Source of the DNA: an uncultured Gammaproteobacteria bacterium
GTDB taxonomy: Bacteria > Patescibacteriota > Microgenomatia > UBA8517
Length of the DNA stretch: 64,000 nucleotides
Direction: 5' to 3'
NCBI GenBank assembly: GCA_964540475.1
Contig: CAZIMC010000001.1
Span: 204,056 to 268,055, forward strand
Shown here: in pieces, positions 1 to 8,402 of the stretch
Layout: each line of letters begins with the position of its first letter
Numbering within the stretch: position 1 is the first letter of the stretch
Made by a program: the position numbers and the translations under genes
Notes under the pieces: generated by a model
Database searches by the model: none
Told to the model about the DNA's origin: nothing
The model's input: the letters and a program-made list of their open reading frames with translations, nothing else

Positions 1-681
1 GCAGATAATCAGACTCAGGTTGAAATTCATGTGACCCAAGGCGAGCGCCCTCTAGCGGCTGACAATAAATCTCTTGGCAGATTTATCTTAGACGGGATTC
101 CTCCGGCACCGCGCGGTGTCCCGCAAGTGGAAGTTACATTTGATCTTGATGCGAGTGGAATTTTGACGGTTACAGCAAAAGATAAGGCAACCGGGAAAAG
201 CCAGAATATTAAAATTACGGGAGCAGTTGGGCTTTCTGACGACGAGGTTAAAAGAGCCCAGGAAGAAGCTGAAAAACACAAAGAAGAGGATCAGAAAAAA
301 GCAGAAACAATTCAAGCCAGGAATCAGGCTGACAGCCTTGTTGCAACCGCTGAAAAATCGCTTAAAGATGCGGGAGAAAAGATTCCGGCAGACGTTAAAG
401 AGAACGTAGAACAAAAAATTAAAGCGGTTCGCGAAACAATCGCAAAAGACAATGTGGCCAAAGAAGAGATTGAGACAGTAAACAAGGAATTGTCGGAAGA
501 GTTAAGTAAAATTGGTCAGGCAATGTACCAACAGGAAAGCCAGAACTCAAACGTCAAAGATCAAAATGAAGAGCCGGAGCAAGAAGATACCAAAAAAGAT
601 GAGAAAGAGAATAAAAAGGGAGAAAAAGCCAAAGGTCCTGAGCCTACCGAAAGGGTGGAAGAAGGCGAGGTAGTGGAATAA
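1..681 (+). CDS. dnaK: Chaperone DnaK, C-terminal part; gene starts upstream of the window
   Basis: Frame-1 translation from base 1 shows the Hsp70 substrate-binding and lid region ([35 protein letters not shown]), then a Lys/Glu-rich tail and stop at 681. Confidence 0.9.
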   Translation, partial: ADNQTQVEIHVTQGERPLAADNKSLGRFILDGIPPAPRGVPQVEVTFDLDASGILTVTAKDKATGKSQNIKITGAVGLSDDEVKRAQEEAEKHKEEDQKKAETIQARNQADSLVATAEKSLKDAGEKIPADVKENVEQKIKAVRETIAKDNVAKEEIETVNKELSEELSKIGQAMYQQESQNSNVKDQNEEPEQEDTKKDEKENKKGEKAKGPEPTERVEEGEVVE

Positions 682-757
682 TATTCCCATAAAAATTACT
701 TCTCTAAGAAGGCTTCACAAGCACGAAAAATACTTTTATAATTAGCACTGATATATT

Positions 758-1645
758 ATGGCTGCTAAGAGTGATTATTACGACATTTTAGGTATAACCA
801 AAACAGCTTCGGCCGATGAGATTAAAAAAGCCTATAGAAAGCAGGCTTTAGAGTGGCATCCGGACAGGCACAAAGATAACAAAGAGGCTGCCGAAAAACG
901 ATTCAAGGAAATAAACGAGGCATACCAGGTTTTGTCCGATTCTCAAAAAAGACAGGCATATGATCAATTCGGGCATTCTGCGTTTTCACCGGGTGGGGCC
1001 GCAGGAGCGGGAGGATTCGGCGGCCAGGGGCCGTTTGGCCAAGCAGGAAGATATGGTCCGTTTACATATACATACACCACGTCAGGTGGCAATGGACAAA
1101 ATCCATTTGCTGGTTTTGACTTTGGAGATCCATTCGATATTTTTGAGCAATTTTTTGGTGGGGGTGGTTTTAGACAGAGCAGGTCTGTTCCCAGGTATTC
1201 ATTGACAATTGATTTTATGGAAGCAATAAGCGGTACAACAAAAGAGGTGAGCATCGAAGGAAAAAAGCGGAAGATTAAAATTCCTGCAGGAGTAGATGAA
1301 GGGAGTAGGATTAATTTCAACGATTTTATCCTTTCAATAAACATTAGGCCTCACGATATTTTTGAGCGAGACCGCGAAGATATATATGTAAAAGTCGCAA
1401 TCCCTTTTTCCCTGGCTGTATTGGGAGGTATGTTTTCAGTTCCAACTGTTACCGGTGAGGTAAAAATCAGGGTTCGACCGGGAACGCAGTCAGGAACGAT
1501 GGTGCGTTTAAGAGGAAAGGGTGCTTCCAGACTTCATGGAGGAGGCCACGGTGATCAATATGTAAGAATTAATGTCCTGGTTCCTGAGAAGCTAACAAGC
1601 GAACAAAAGGATATTATTAATAAACTTAAAAAGACTGGTCTTTAG
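758..1645 (+). CDS. dnaJ: J-domain co-chaperone, DnaJ/CbpA-like, without the CxxCxGxG zinc-finger domain
   Basis: N-terminal J domain with HPD motif (DYYDILGITKTASADEIKKAYRKQALEWHPDRH), a Gly/Phe-rich linker and C-terminal substrate-binding domains; no Cys repeats. Confidence 0.85.
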   Translation: MAAKSDYYDILGITKTASADEIKKAYRKQALEWHPDRHKDNKEAAEKRFKEINEAYQVLSDSQKRQAYDQFGHSAFSPGGAAGAGGFGGQGPFGQAGRYGPFTYTYTTSGGNGQNPFAGFDFGDPFDIFEQFFGGGGFRQSRSVPRYSLTIDFMEAISGTTKEVSIEGKKRKIKIPAGVDEGSRINFNDFILSINIRPHDIFERDREDIYVKVAIPFSLAVLGGMFSVPTVTGEVKIRVRPGTQSGTMVRLRGKGASRLHGGGHGDQYVRINVLVPEKLTSEQKDIINKLKKTGL

Positions 1646-1646
1646 G

Positions 1647-1675
1647 TTAATTGCTTGACACGTAGCAATTAATTT
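1647..1675 (+). terminator. Hairpin downstream of dnaJ: 9-bp stem TTAATTGCT/AGCAATTAA, 8-nt loop, short T run
   Basis: Perfect inverted repeat read directly; the T tract is only 3 nt, so function is uncertain. Confidence 0.3.
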
Positions 1676-1707
1676 AGGTACTTTTAAGTTGCTGATAAAT
1701 ACAAACA

Positions 1708-1722
1708 GGTGCTGTTAGCACC
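1708..1722 (-). terminator. Intrinsic-terminator-like hairpin for the minus-strand KGG gene
   Basis: GGTGCT-GTT-AGCACC stem-loop, followed on the minus strand by UGUUUGUAUUUAU. Confidence 0.4.
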
Positions 1723-1754
1723 CGTTCGTATCCTAAAATGGAACTTTAAGCAGT

Positions 1755-1904
1755 TTATCTCTCGTTTTGCCCTCTGCCTTGATTACCTTTATTGGTTTTG
1801 TTGTTACGTGCCCTGGCTTTACCACCTTTTCTGCCTGCCTTTGCGTGTCCCTCAGGGTCACCGTGCCAACCTCTGCCTTGCCCTTGGTTGTTGTCTTGGT
1901 CCAT
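1755..1904 (-). CDS. Small KGG-motif general stress protein (YciG/Con-10-like), 49 aa; not in the ORF track
   Basis: Minus-strand ORF MDQDNNQGQGRGWHGDPEGHAKAGRKGGKARARNNKTNKGNQGRGQNER preceded by a strong SD (GGAGGGAGGTG). The EGHAKAGRKGG motif matches the KGG stress-protein repeat. A terminator hairpin follows; it lies downstream of the receiver gene on the same strand. Confidence 0.5.
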   Translation of the reverse strand: MDQDNNQGQGRGWHGDPEGHAKAGRKGGKARARNNKTNKGNQGRGQNER

Positions 1905-2005
1905 CTACTTCTTCACCTCCCTCCTCATTAATTTCAAGTATCATTTAAATAGGTAAGAAACAAAGGAAGGTGATGTAAGAAATATGAAAGAAATAGCTTG
2001 AGTTT

Positions 2006-2353
2006 TTAAAGAAGTTTTTCCACCTTGTTTATAACTGTATTAATGTTAAAAGGTTTAGCAATATAATCATCCGCATGACACTTTTGGGCCAATTGCTTAG
2101 TCTTTTCTTCTGGGTGAGCAGACATTAAAATTACGGGTATTTTTTTCTTTTGTTTCACTTGCAGACACAGATCCGACCCGTTAACGCCTTTAAGAATAAC
2201 ATCCATAATTATTAAGTCTGGTGGCGAATTCAGTTTTTGAAATATAGTGTTCCCCACCTCATCTATTTCCACGGCATATCCTCTGCCAGCCAACACTTCC
2301 CTAAGAACAACTGATATTTCTTTGCTATCTTCAACAATCAGAATTTTTTTCAT
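2006..2353 (-). CDS. Single-domain response-regulator receiver (CheY-like)
   Basis: 115 aa; the acidic pocket and conserved Lys of the REC fold are recognisable (IVEDS...IIMDV...AKPF). Confidence 0.8.
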   Translation of the reverse strand: MKKILIVEDSKEISVVLREVLAGRGYAVEIDEVGNTIFQKLNSPPDLIIMDVILKGVNGSDLCLQVKQKKKIPVILMSAHPEEKTKQLAQKCHADDYIAKPFNINTVINKVEKLL

Positions 2354-2474
2354 TCACCAATTGTAGGCAAAATCATGCCTTTTCTTCAAGCTAATCTTTT
2401 TAATTTCTTACGATAAATTGCCGTTATTTTGATTTAGCAAAGTGAGGATATTGTAAGAAAGGGGGTGATATAAA

Positions 2475-3011
2475 ATGGCTAAAACTATATTGGGAGTTTT
2501 TCCTCACGAGGAAAATGCAAACAGAGCGTTGTCTGAACTCCAAAATCAGGGGATCGATAGAAGTGATATATCGGTAATAATGAGAGAGACAACGGAAGGC
2601 AGGCCGGTTGATGAAAAAGGCAAGGGCGAGCAAATTGGGGAGTCGGCGGTTGAAGGCGCAACAACAGGCGGTGTTATTGGGGGAATTGCTGGGCTTCTGG
2701 CTGGAGTTGGGGCAATTGCCATACCTGGATTTGGTGCGATACTAGTGGGTGGCCCACTGGTTGCATTGTTGGGCTTGACTGGTGCAGCTGCTACGACAGC
2801 TTCGGGAGCCATAACAGGCGCATTGGCTGGTGGGGTAATCGGAGCCTTAGTAGGCTTGGGTGTTCCAAGAGAGCGGGCAGAAGCAATTGAGGAGCGCATC
2901 AAAAGAGGCGAAATCTTGCTTTCGGCGGATGCCGAAGACGGACGGGAAGATGAGATTTCAAGGGTTTTTAGTGAGAATGGTGCAAATGAAATTACCACAA
3001 TAACGAGGTAA
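2475..3011 (+). CDS. General stress protein: YflT/DUF1269-like N-domain plus a glycine-zipper membrane segment
   Basis: N-terminus MAKTILGVFPHEENANRALSELQNQGIDRSDISVI is the typical start of heat-induced stress protein YflT. A central GxxxG-rich hydrophobic stretch follows; the RBS is AAGGGGGTGA. Confidence 0.6.
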   Translation: MAKTILGVFPHEENANRALSELQNQGIDRSDISVIMRETTEGRPVDEKGKGEQIGESAVEGATTGGVIGGIAGLLAGVGAIAIPGFGAILVGGPLVALLGLTGAAATTASGAITGALAGGVIGALVGLGVPRERAEAIEERIKRGEILLSADAEDGREDEISRVFSENGANEITTITR

Positions 3012-3066
3012 TTTTTGGCAACCAATAATATGCCCCGCTATTTGCGGGGCATATTTAAATTTGTTT

Positions 3067-3315
3067 CTACCTTCTGGCCATTCTTACCAGGAAAAGCAGA
3101 ACACTTGCACCAATTACAGCCACTACTATGCTGTAAAGGTTGAATCCGGTGACCCCGGGTTGACCTAAAAAGTTAAATATAAGTCCTCCCAAAAGCCCTC
3201 CTATGACTCCAACCACAATATCACCAACTGTAGATTGCTGACTGTCGGTTTTCATTACAATTGATGCAATCCAACCAACTAATGCTCCAAATAAAATCCA
3301 AGCTAATATTGACAT
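3067..3315 (-). CDS. GlsB/YeaQ/YmgE-family transglycosylase-associated membrane protein
   Basis: 82 aa; the MSILAWILFGALVGWIA...VGVIGGLLGGLIFNFLG pattern is characteristic of this stress-membrane family. Confidence 0.8.
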   Translation of the reverse strand: MSILAWILFGALVGWIASIVMKTDSQQSTVGDIVVGVIGGLLGGLIFNFLGQPGVTGFNLYSIVVAVIGASVLLFLVRMARR

Positions 3316-3506
3316 TTATTTCACCCCCCTTCGCATAAATTGCTTAGGTACGTTAAGCCTTTATGAATGCTTAACGCCATTAAGATTTAATATCGCCCTT
3401 TACCATAAAAGGAATATTAATTTAATGTAAAGAAGCAGTAAGACCGATTGAAATTTGCTAATTGCTTGCCTTTTTGGTCGGGATTTGGGATCATATCTAA
3501 CAAATT

Positions 3507-4613
3507 GTGATGCTTGAAAAACTTCTAACCCGTGTTTCCTCGTCACTTGAACAAATTATAAGTAGTGCTGGCACCAGGGATTTTTACAAAACTATCGTAG
3601 TGGAAATCGTAGGTCTTACCCGTTCGGAAGGTGGCGGAATATATCTACTTGAAGAGGGCACACTCATGCTTGGATACTCGTCACAATCAAATTATTTTTC
3701 AAAGAAAATATCTAAATTCCACCCCTATTACACTGCTTTCGGCGACAGTCATCATCATGAACTTCTAAAAAAAGACCATAAATTATATATTTGGCCACTT
3801 TATGTGGGTAATAAGGATAAGGTCGGTTTGTTGGTGATGATTAGAAAAAGGAATTACCCCTTTAGATTTCAAGAGCTTTTTGCTACATATTGTCAGATAA
3901 TTGCAGTGATCATTAAAAAATTTGAGTTTAAAGAGCGTGTTGCACGGCTACTTGTGCAAAAGAACCATTTTATTTCCCTCACTGCCCACGAGATGCGCAC
4001 GCCCTTAACTTCAATTTTTGGTTACTTGCAGCTTTTATGTATATGTAGCGATGAAACTATATTGCCAAAGCATAAAAACTGGCTTAATGTAGCTCTTATT
4101 GAATCCCACAAGCTTAATAACATTGTAAACGAGCTTCTGTTGTTTAACAGGATTACCGACCTACGCTTAGTTTTTACTTGGGAGCGGGTGTCTTTGGGTA
4201 GACTCCTGAAAGAGATAAAGGAAAAACTATTATTTTTATATCCCAATGAAAACTTAAAATTTTTGGTGGATTTAAACTTTCCCGAGAATAAAAAGGTCAT
4301 AGTTGACGTTGATAAAATAGAAACGGCAATTGTAAACATGATTGATAAAATACTTAAAAAGTCAGACGCTGATACGGAAACCACCATTCTGACAAGCGGT
4401 ACTGGTGAGCACCTAGAGGTAATAATCAAGCAAGATAAAAAAATCGTGGGTATTGGAAGGGGTGCTAAAAGCCTCGCAGAAATTAATAACGATTGGGATT
4501 TAAGTATTTATATTGCAACCAAGATCCTGAATGCACATGGTGGGAAACTGAGAGTTGATAACTCAAAAGCATTTAAAATGAGAATAATATTTCCAAAAGT
4601 TAAATTTCACTAA
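3507..4613 (+). CDS. Cytoplasmic sensor histidine kinase: GAF-like N-domain, HisKA, HATPase
   Basis: H-box LTAHEMRTPLTSIFGYLQLL; C-terminal G2-like ATKILNAHGGKLRV; no TM segments seen. Confidence 0.65.
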   Translation: MMLEKLLTRVSSSLEQIISSAGTRDFYKTIVVEIVGLTRSEGGGIYLLEEGTLMLGYSSQSNYFSKKISKFHPYYTAFGDSHHHELLKKDHKLYIWPLYVGNKDKVGLLVMIRKRNYPFRFQELFATYCQIIAVIIKKFEFKERVARLLVQKNHFISLTAHEMRTPLTSIFGYLQLLCICSDETILPKHKNWLNVALIESHKLNNIVNELLLFNRITDLRLVFTWERVSLGRLLKEIKEKLLFLYPNENLKFLVDLNFPENKKVIVDVDKIETAIVNMIDKILKKSDADTETTILTSGTGEHLEVIIKQDKKIVGIGRGAKSLAEINNDWDLSIYIATKILNAHGGKLRVDNSKAFKMRIIFPKVKFH

Positions 4614-5281
4614 TCTTTTAAGATATATCCGAAACCACGAACGGAGTGTATCAGTTTATCTTCATAACCATTGTCGACCTTCTTTCTTAAATACCCAACA
4701 TATACATCAACGACCCTGGTTTCTATCTCGTTTGAATACATCCACACTCGGTTTAGAATCATCTCGCGTGTTAAAACTCTGTTTCGGTTACTCATTAAGT
4801 ATTGTAAAAGCTTAAATTCCTGGGGAGTTAATTCAATAAGCTTTTTGCCTCGCTTTACTTCGTGTGTTTGAAGATCTACCGTTAGGTCCTTGGCTTTTAA
4901 TTTTTGCTCTTGGGAAGAGCGTTTCCTAAGAAGTGCTTTAACTCGTGCTACAAGCTCAGTTGCATGGAATGGTTTTGTGACGTAATCGTCTGCCCCTAAT
5001 CCCAAACCCTTGACAATATCATCTACTGTGTCTTTTGCTGTCAAAATCAGAATGGGTATATCTGGGTAGTTACTCCTTATTTCCTGGCAAACGCTCTCTC
5101 CTGATACATCCGGTAAACCCAAGTCAAGTATTACCAGGTCGGGTTCCGTCCCTTCGAGAATTTCCAGAGCCTTAGTCCCGGTTGAGGCTGATTTTGCTGA
5201 ATAACCGTTCTCGAGCAGTAGATCTACTAAGAATTTTTGTAATTGTTTGTCATCCTCAACTATTAAGATGTTTTCCAGCAT
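4610..5281 (-). CDS. OmpR/PhoB-family response regulator (REC plus winged helix)
   Basis: Receiver with DLVILDLGLPD; C-terminal winged helix LTPQEFKLLQYLMSNRNRVLTREMILNRVW...RGFGY. Confidence 0.9.
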   Translation of the reverse strand: MLENILIVEDDKQLQKFLVDLLLENGYSAKSASTGTKALEILEGTEPDLVILDLGLPDVSGESVCQEIRSNYPDIPILILTAKDTVDDIVKGLGLGADDYVTKPFHATELVARVKALLRKRSSQEQKLKAKDLTVDLQTHEVKRGKKLIELTPQEFKLLQYLMSNRNRVLTREMILNRVWMYSNEIETRVVDVYVGYLRKKVDNGYEDKLIHSVRGFGYILKD

Positions 5282-5404
5282 GTGTTACTTTCCGGTAATA
5301 CAGATTACACTAGCGCACATAAACCTGCAATCAATTGAGCACCGTTCTAAATTGCTTGACTCCTAGCATTTTCCTATTGTACTGTAAGAGCTCTGTAAGA
5401 AACT

Positions 5405-5959
5405 ATGCAGAAAACGCAAAGAGCAGCCTCGTTTGAAGGATTTCCAAAACATAAAACTTTCGATACCGGACCGTTCAGGTTCAGTGTCCGTGTGGGCATG
5501 AATCAAACAGTCATGAGAATGACTTGCTATACGGACAAAATCTACACCTCATTTTACAGTTCAACATACAAGAATTTGTTAGCACACCTTCCTGGTATAT
5601 TTAATTGTCAATGTTTTAACCGCGACAACAAAAATTTTGCTGAAGAATCTAAAAATACTGAAATTGCCCACCTTTTTGAGCATATATTTATTCAGTACTT
5701 TTGCGAGATAAAGGCTAATTACTGTAATTGTGCTATCGAGTGCGAGGGCTATACGGAATGGGATTGGGTGGAGAACCCTCCGGGAACGTTCACCATAATC
5801 CTAAATATCGGAAAGAAAGACCTAAAATATATTGCGAAAGCATTAGAAAGGAGTATTGCCCTGTTTAATAAAATTATAGCCGAAAACGAGGATGAAGGTT
5901 TTTTCCCTCTCCCCCAGCCGGTCGTTGTCCCGGTCCCGATTTATGTACCATCAAGATAA
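5405..5959 (+). CDS. Hypothetical Cys-rich protein; start uncertain, internal Met possible
   Basis: 184-aa ORF with several CxC/CxxC pairs (CQCF, CNCAIECEGY); no family recognised. Confidence 0.3.
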   Translation: MQKTQRAASFEGFPKHKTFDTGPFRFSVRVGMNQTVMRMTCYTDKIYTSFYSSTYKNLLAHLPGIFNCQCFNRDNKNFAEESKNTEIAHLFEHIFIQYFCEIKANYCNCAIECEGYTEWDWVENPPGTFTIILNIGKKDLKYIAKALERSIALFNKIIAENEDEGFFPLPQPVVVPVPIYVPSR

Positions 5960-6138
5960 GATTAATTAGTTGGAGAGAAGTATGGTGTTGTTGCAGTTTG
6001 CAATACGCTCCCGGCGCCACTTTCTAGTTCTTGAATTATGGCATTTCTTCTACGGATAATTAAATCTCTTTGAGTATCCTTTAATGCATCACTGTCGGGA
6101 ACGCCTGTTTCTTCTACCATTCTGGCAGCTAGAGCATA

Positions 6139-6648
6139 TCATAGTAGACTCAGTGACAGGGTGTCTGGTTTTACCGTTTCATTTGATACATCTCCAACTG
6201 TAATAGTTTTAGATTCTGGATCGAAATCCTCATACCCCGCAATTCCATCTAAAATCTCAGGAGCAGCATAGTGCAGATTTGCTGAGCTTACAGTTTGAAA
6301 TTTCCAGTTAGGAGGCAAAATCTGAATCAAATCTAAAGATTTTCCCGCTCCCCCCTTTGTGTTGATGTCCAACCTATTGACGTCGTAAATTACTACTACG
6401 GGTGTGTGGCCATTCTCCATGTCAATTTTAACGACTTCTGCGGGTTTTTTTACCCCGCCTGAAATATGAAGTTCCCATTTACCACCTATTAAATCATGGC
6501 TATACTCCGGGGGAACCGAGCTGTCTATTGAGTAGCCGTTTTCAGCTGTGAGAGGTGGAGTTTTGTCTCGTTTGCCTACCAATGCTTTTATTTTTTGTAA
6601 AAAACCACCCGATGACTCCGACATATTATATAAATATAGCACACACAA
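6139..6648 (-). CDS. Hypothetical protein
   Basis: 169-aa ORF. The likely start MSESSGGFLQ shares the MSES start with the next gene. No recognisable motif. Confidence 0.35.
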   Translation of the reverse strand: MCVLYLYNMSESSGGFLQKIKALVGKRDKTPPLTAENGYSIDSSVPPEYSHDLIGGKWELHISGGVKKPAEVVKIDMENGHTPVVVIYDVNRLDINTKGGAGKSLDLIQILPPNWKFQTVSSANLHYAAPEILDGIAGYEDFDPESKTITVGDVSNETVKPDTLSLSLL

Positions 6649-6746
6649 TTTAATGCACCTTTTCTGCCACAGAGCTTATTGAACTAAAAGTCTCTTCTGT
6701 CATTTAAATCATTATATACAAAGCTCACCGGCCAAGGGGAATATTT

Positions 6747-7502
6747 TTAAGCGGCTGGCAAGGCCGTCATAGCTTTGTTTCTTCCACCAAGGGAATTAGT
6801 CAGACTCGAAATTCCATTGATATAAAAAACAGGAACGCTTTTTGCTTTCAATTCATCACTTCCGGTGTAGCATGATTCTAATAAAATTGCGGAATAAAGT
6901 GAACTGTCGTCATATTTTTTCAAAAGCTCATCAACCAAAACGGTGTTGCCTGCTCTTTGCAGTTGTACGCCTTCACTGTTTCTCGGAATATCGCTGTATT
7001 GCTCTCCGATACTGCGGGAACCATCTCCACCATGTCCTTGCACTATTACCACTCCAGTGGCCTGAGAGTTCTTAGTTGCATTTTGGAATTTTTGCCGGTC
7101 TTCGTTTGTGGGTAAAACCTTAATAAGCTCTCGGGCTAGATATTCGTAGGGACGTTCACCGTTCTTGGTAAGTGTATTTAGGTTTTTTGTTGTTTCGGCC
7201 ATCAATTGAAGCATGGATTCATGGGTACGGCTGGATCTTATAGTCCTTTGTTCCGGAGTAAGTGACTCCTGAGGCGAGAGGGTAAGAAATTTTATATTAA
7301 GAACTGATTGGGGAAGCTCGATATCGTAATTGGCAAGATAATTTTTAACATCAGCTGTTACAGGAATATCAACTTCTATTCCCCAGGCAATATTTTCACC
7401 TTCCCCAAAAGTAACCATTCTCCCAGACAACTCTTTTGCGAAGTTGTCAGGAACCTCAGGTGATATGGGAATAACCTGCAATTCGATTGGAGACTCACTC
7501 AT
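6747..7502 (-). CDS. Hypothetical protein with metacaspase/caspase-like His...Cys signature
   Basis: 251 aa. GVVIVQGHGGDG and, about 55 aa later, LLESCYTGS resemble the SGHGG and DSCHSG catalytic-dyad motifs of peptidase C14. Confidence 0.4.
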   Translation of the reverse strand: MSESPIELQVIPISPEVPDNFAKELSGRMVTFGEGENIAWGIEVDIPVTADVKNYLANYDIELPQSVLNIKFLTLSPQESLTPEQRTIRSSRTHESMLQLMAETTKNLNTLTKNGERPYEYLARELIKVLPTNEDRQKFQNATKNSQATGVVIVQGHGGDGSRSIGEQYSDIPRNSEGVQLQRAGNTVLVDELLKKYDDSSLYSAILLESCYTGSDELKAKSVPVFYINGISSLTNSLGGRNKAMTALPAA

Positions 7503-7567
7503 AAATAAATAGTAACATACGCTTGTCTAACTAACTTTTCTCTAAGATAAGAGCTTGCAAACATTTA

Positions 7568-8260
7568 TTGAAATGCTATTATCAATGTAAAGCTATGGCA
7601 GACAGAAACCAAGACACGATCAAGCAGATGCTTGGTGGACTTAATTCAGACTCGCGTATTACTTCAAATCGGCAAGGTAATCCCCTAGAACAAGCAATAG
7701 CCGCAGGATCCAATTCGCTTACGGAGCACGAGCTTTACAAGTTGTTTTATGAGTCGGGTGTAAAAAACGAAGATTTTGACAACCTTGATCCTAAATCGAA
7801 GGAAGCGGTAGCCAATGGATTATTTAGATTGTGGAAAATTGATAGATTTGGTAAAGAAGTTGAAGATAAAGATCAGCGAAATATACCTAACGTCCAAGAA
7901 CTTAAGGATGTTTATGAGCAAAGGGTTAGGGAGAAGAGTTACGCTGCACAAGGTTGGCTTAGAGAATCCACAAGAAATTTGGTACAACTTGCTGGGATGG
8001 TGGAGGAGCCGAAGGAGGAAAGGTCAAGAATAGCCGATAGAGTATACGGTAATGCGGAATCTTATGTTAAGTTTTTGAAACGATCGGGGGAGAATTATGA
8101 GGATGCCGCTAACAGACGGCTTGTGGCCGATACGCTTTATGAGATACGAGATTATTTAAAAAAAAGAGAAGGTGACATGGCGAATATACAAGGTGAATTA
8201 AACAAATTGGGTAATAATGAATTGGACTATTTTGTGAATCGGTCTAGCAGTGGGGTATGA
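7568..8260 (+). CDS. Hypothetical, predicted helical protein
   Basis: 230-aa ORF (start may be the internal MADRNQ); diverges from the caspase-like gene across a shared promoter region. Confidence 0.35.
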   Translation: MKCYYQCKAMADRNQDTIKQMLGGLNSDSRITSNRQGNPLEQAIAAGSNSLTEHELYKLFYESGVKNEDFDNLDPKSKEAVANGLFRLWKIDRFGKEVEDKDQRNIPNVQELKDVYEQRVREKSYAAQGWLRESTRNLVQLAGMVEEPKEERSRIADRVYGNAESYVKFLKRSGENYEDAANRRLVADTLYEIRDYLKKREGDMANIQGELNKLGNNELDYFVNRSSSGV

Positions 8261-8310
8261 ACTTTTCGCTTTGTTAGGTTACCATGGCGGCAAACCACAA
8301 CAACTTAGGT

Positions 8311-8339
8311 TTGACTTATTTTGTGCTTCGGAGTAGAAT
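8311..8339 (+). promoter_or_regulatory. Sigma-70-type promoter upstream of nusA (TTGACT-17-TAGAAT)
   Basis: Hexamers and spacing read directly. Confidence 0.4.
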
Positions 8340-8402
8340 TTAGGTAGTTTAAGTACGTTTTGATTTGGTGGGAGAAAAACCCGCCATTTTTTTTAGAAAA
8401 AT

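Noticed and set aside
1709-1948. 79-aa Cys/Pro-rich + strand ORF from the track
   Set aside because: It is antisense to the better-supported 49-aa KGG stress gene, which has a strong SD, a motif match and a terminator. Its low-complexity composition is typical of an antisense artefact.
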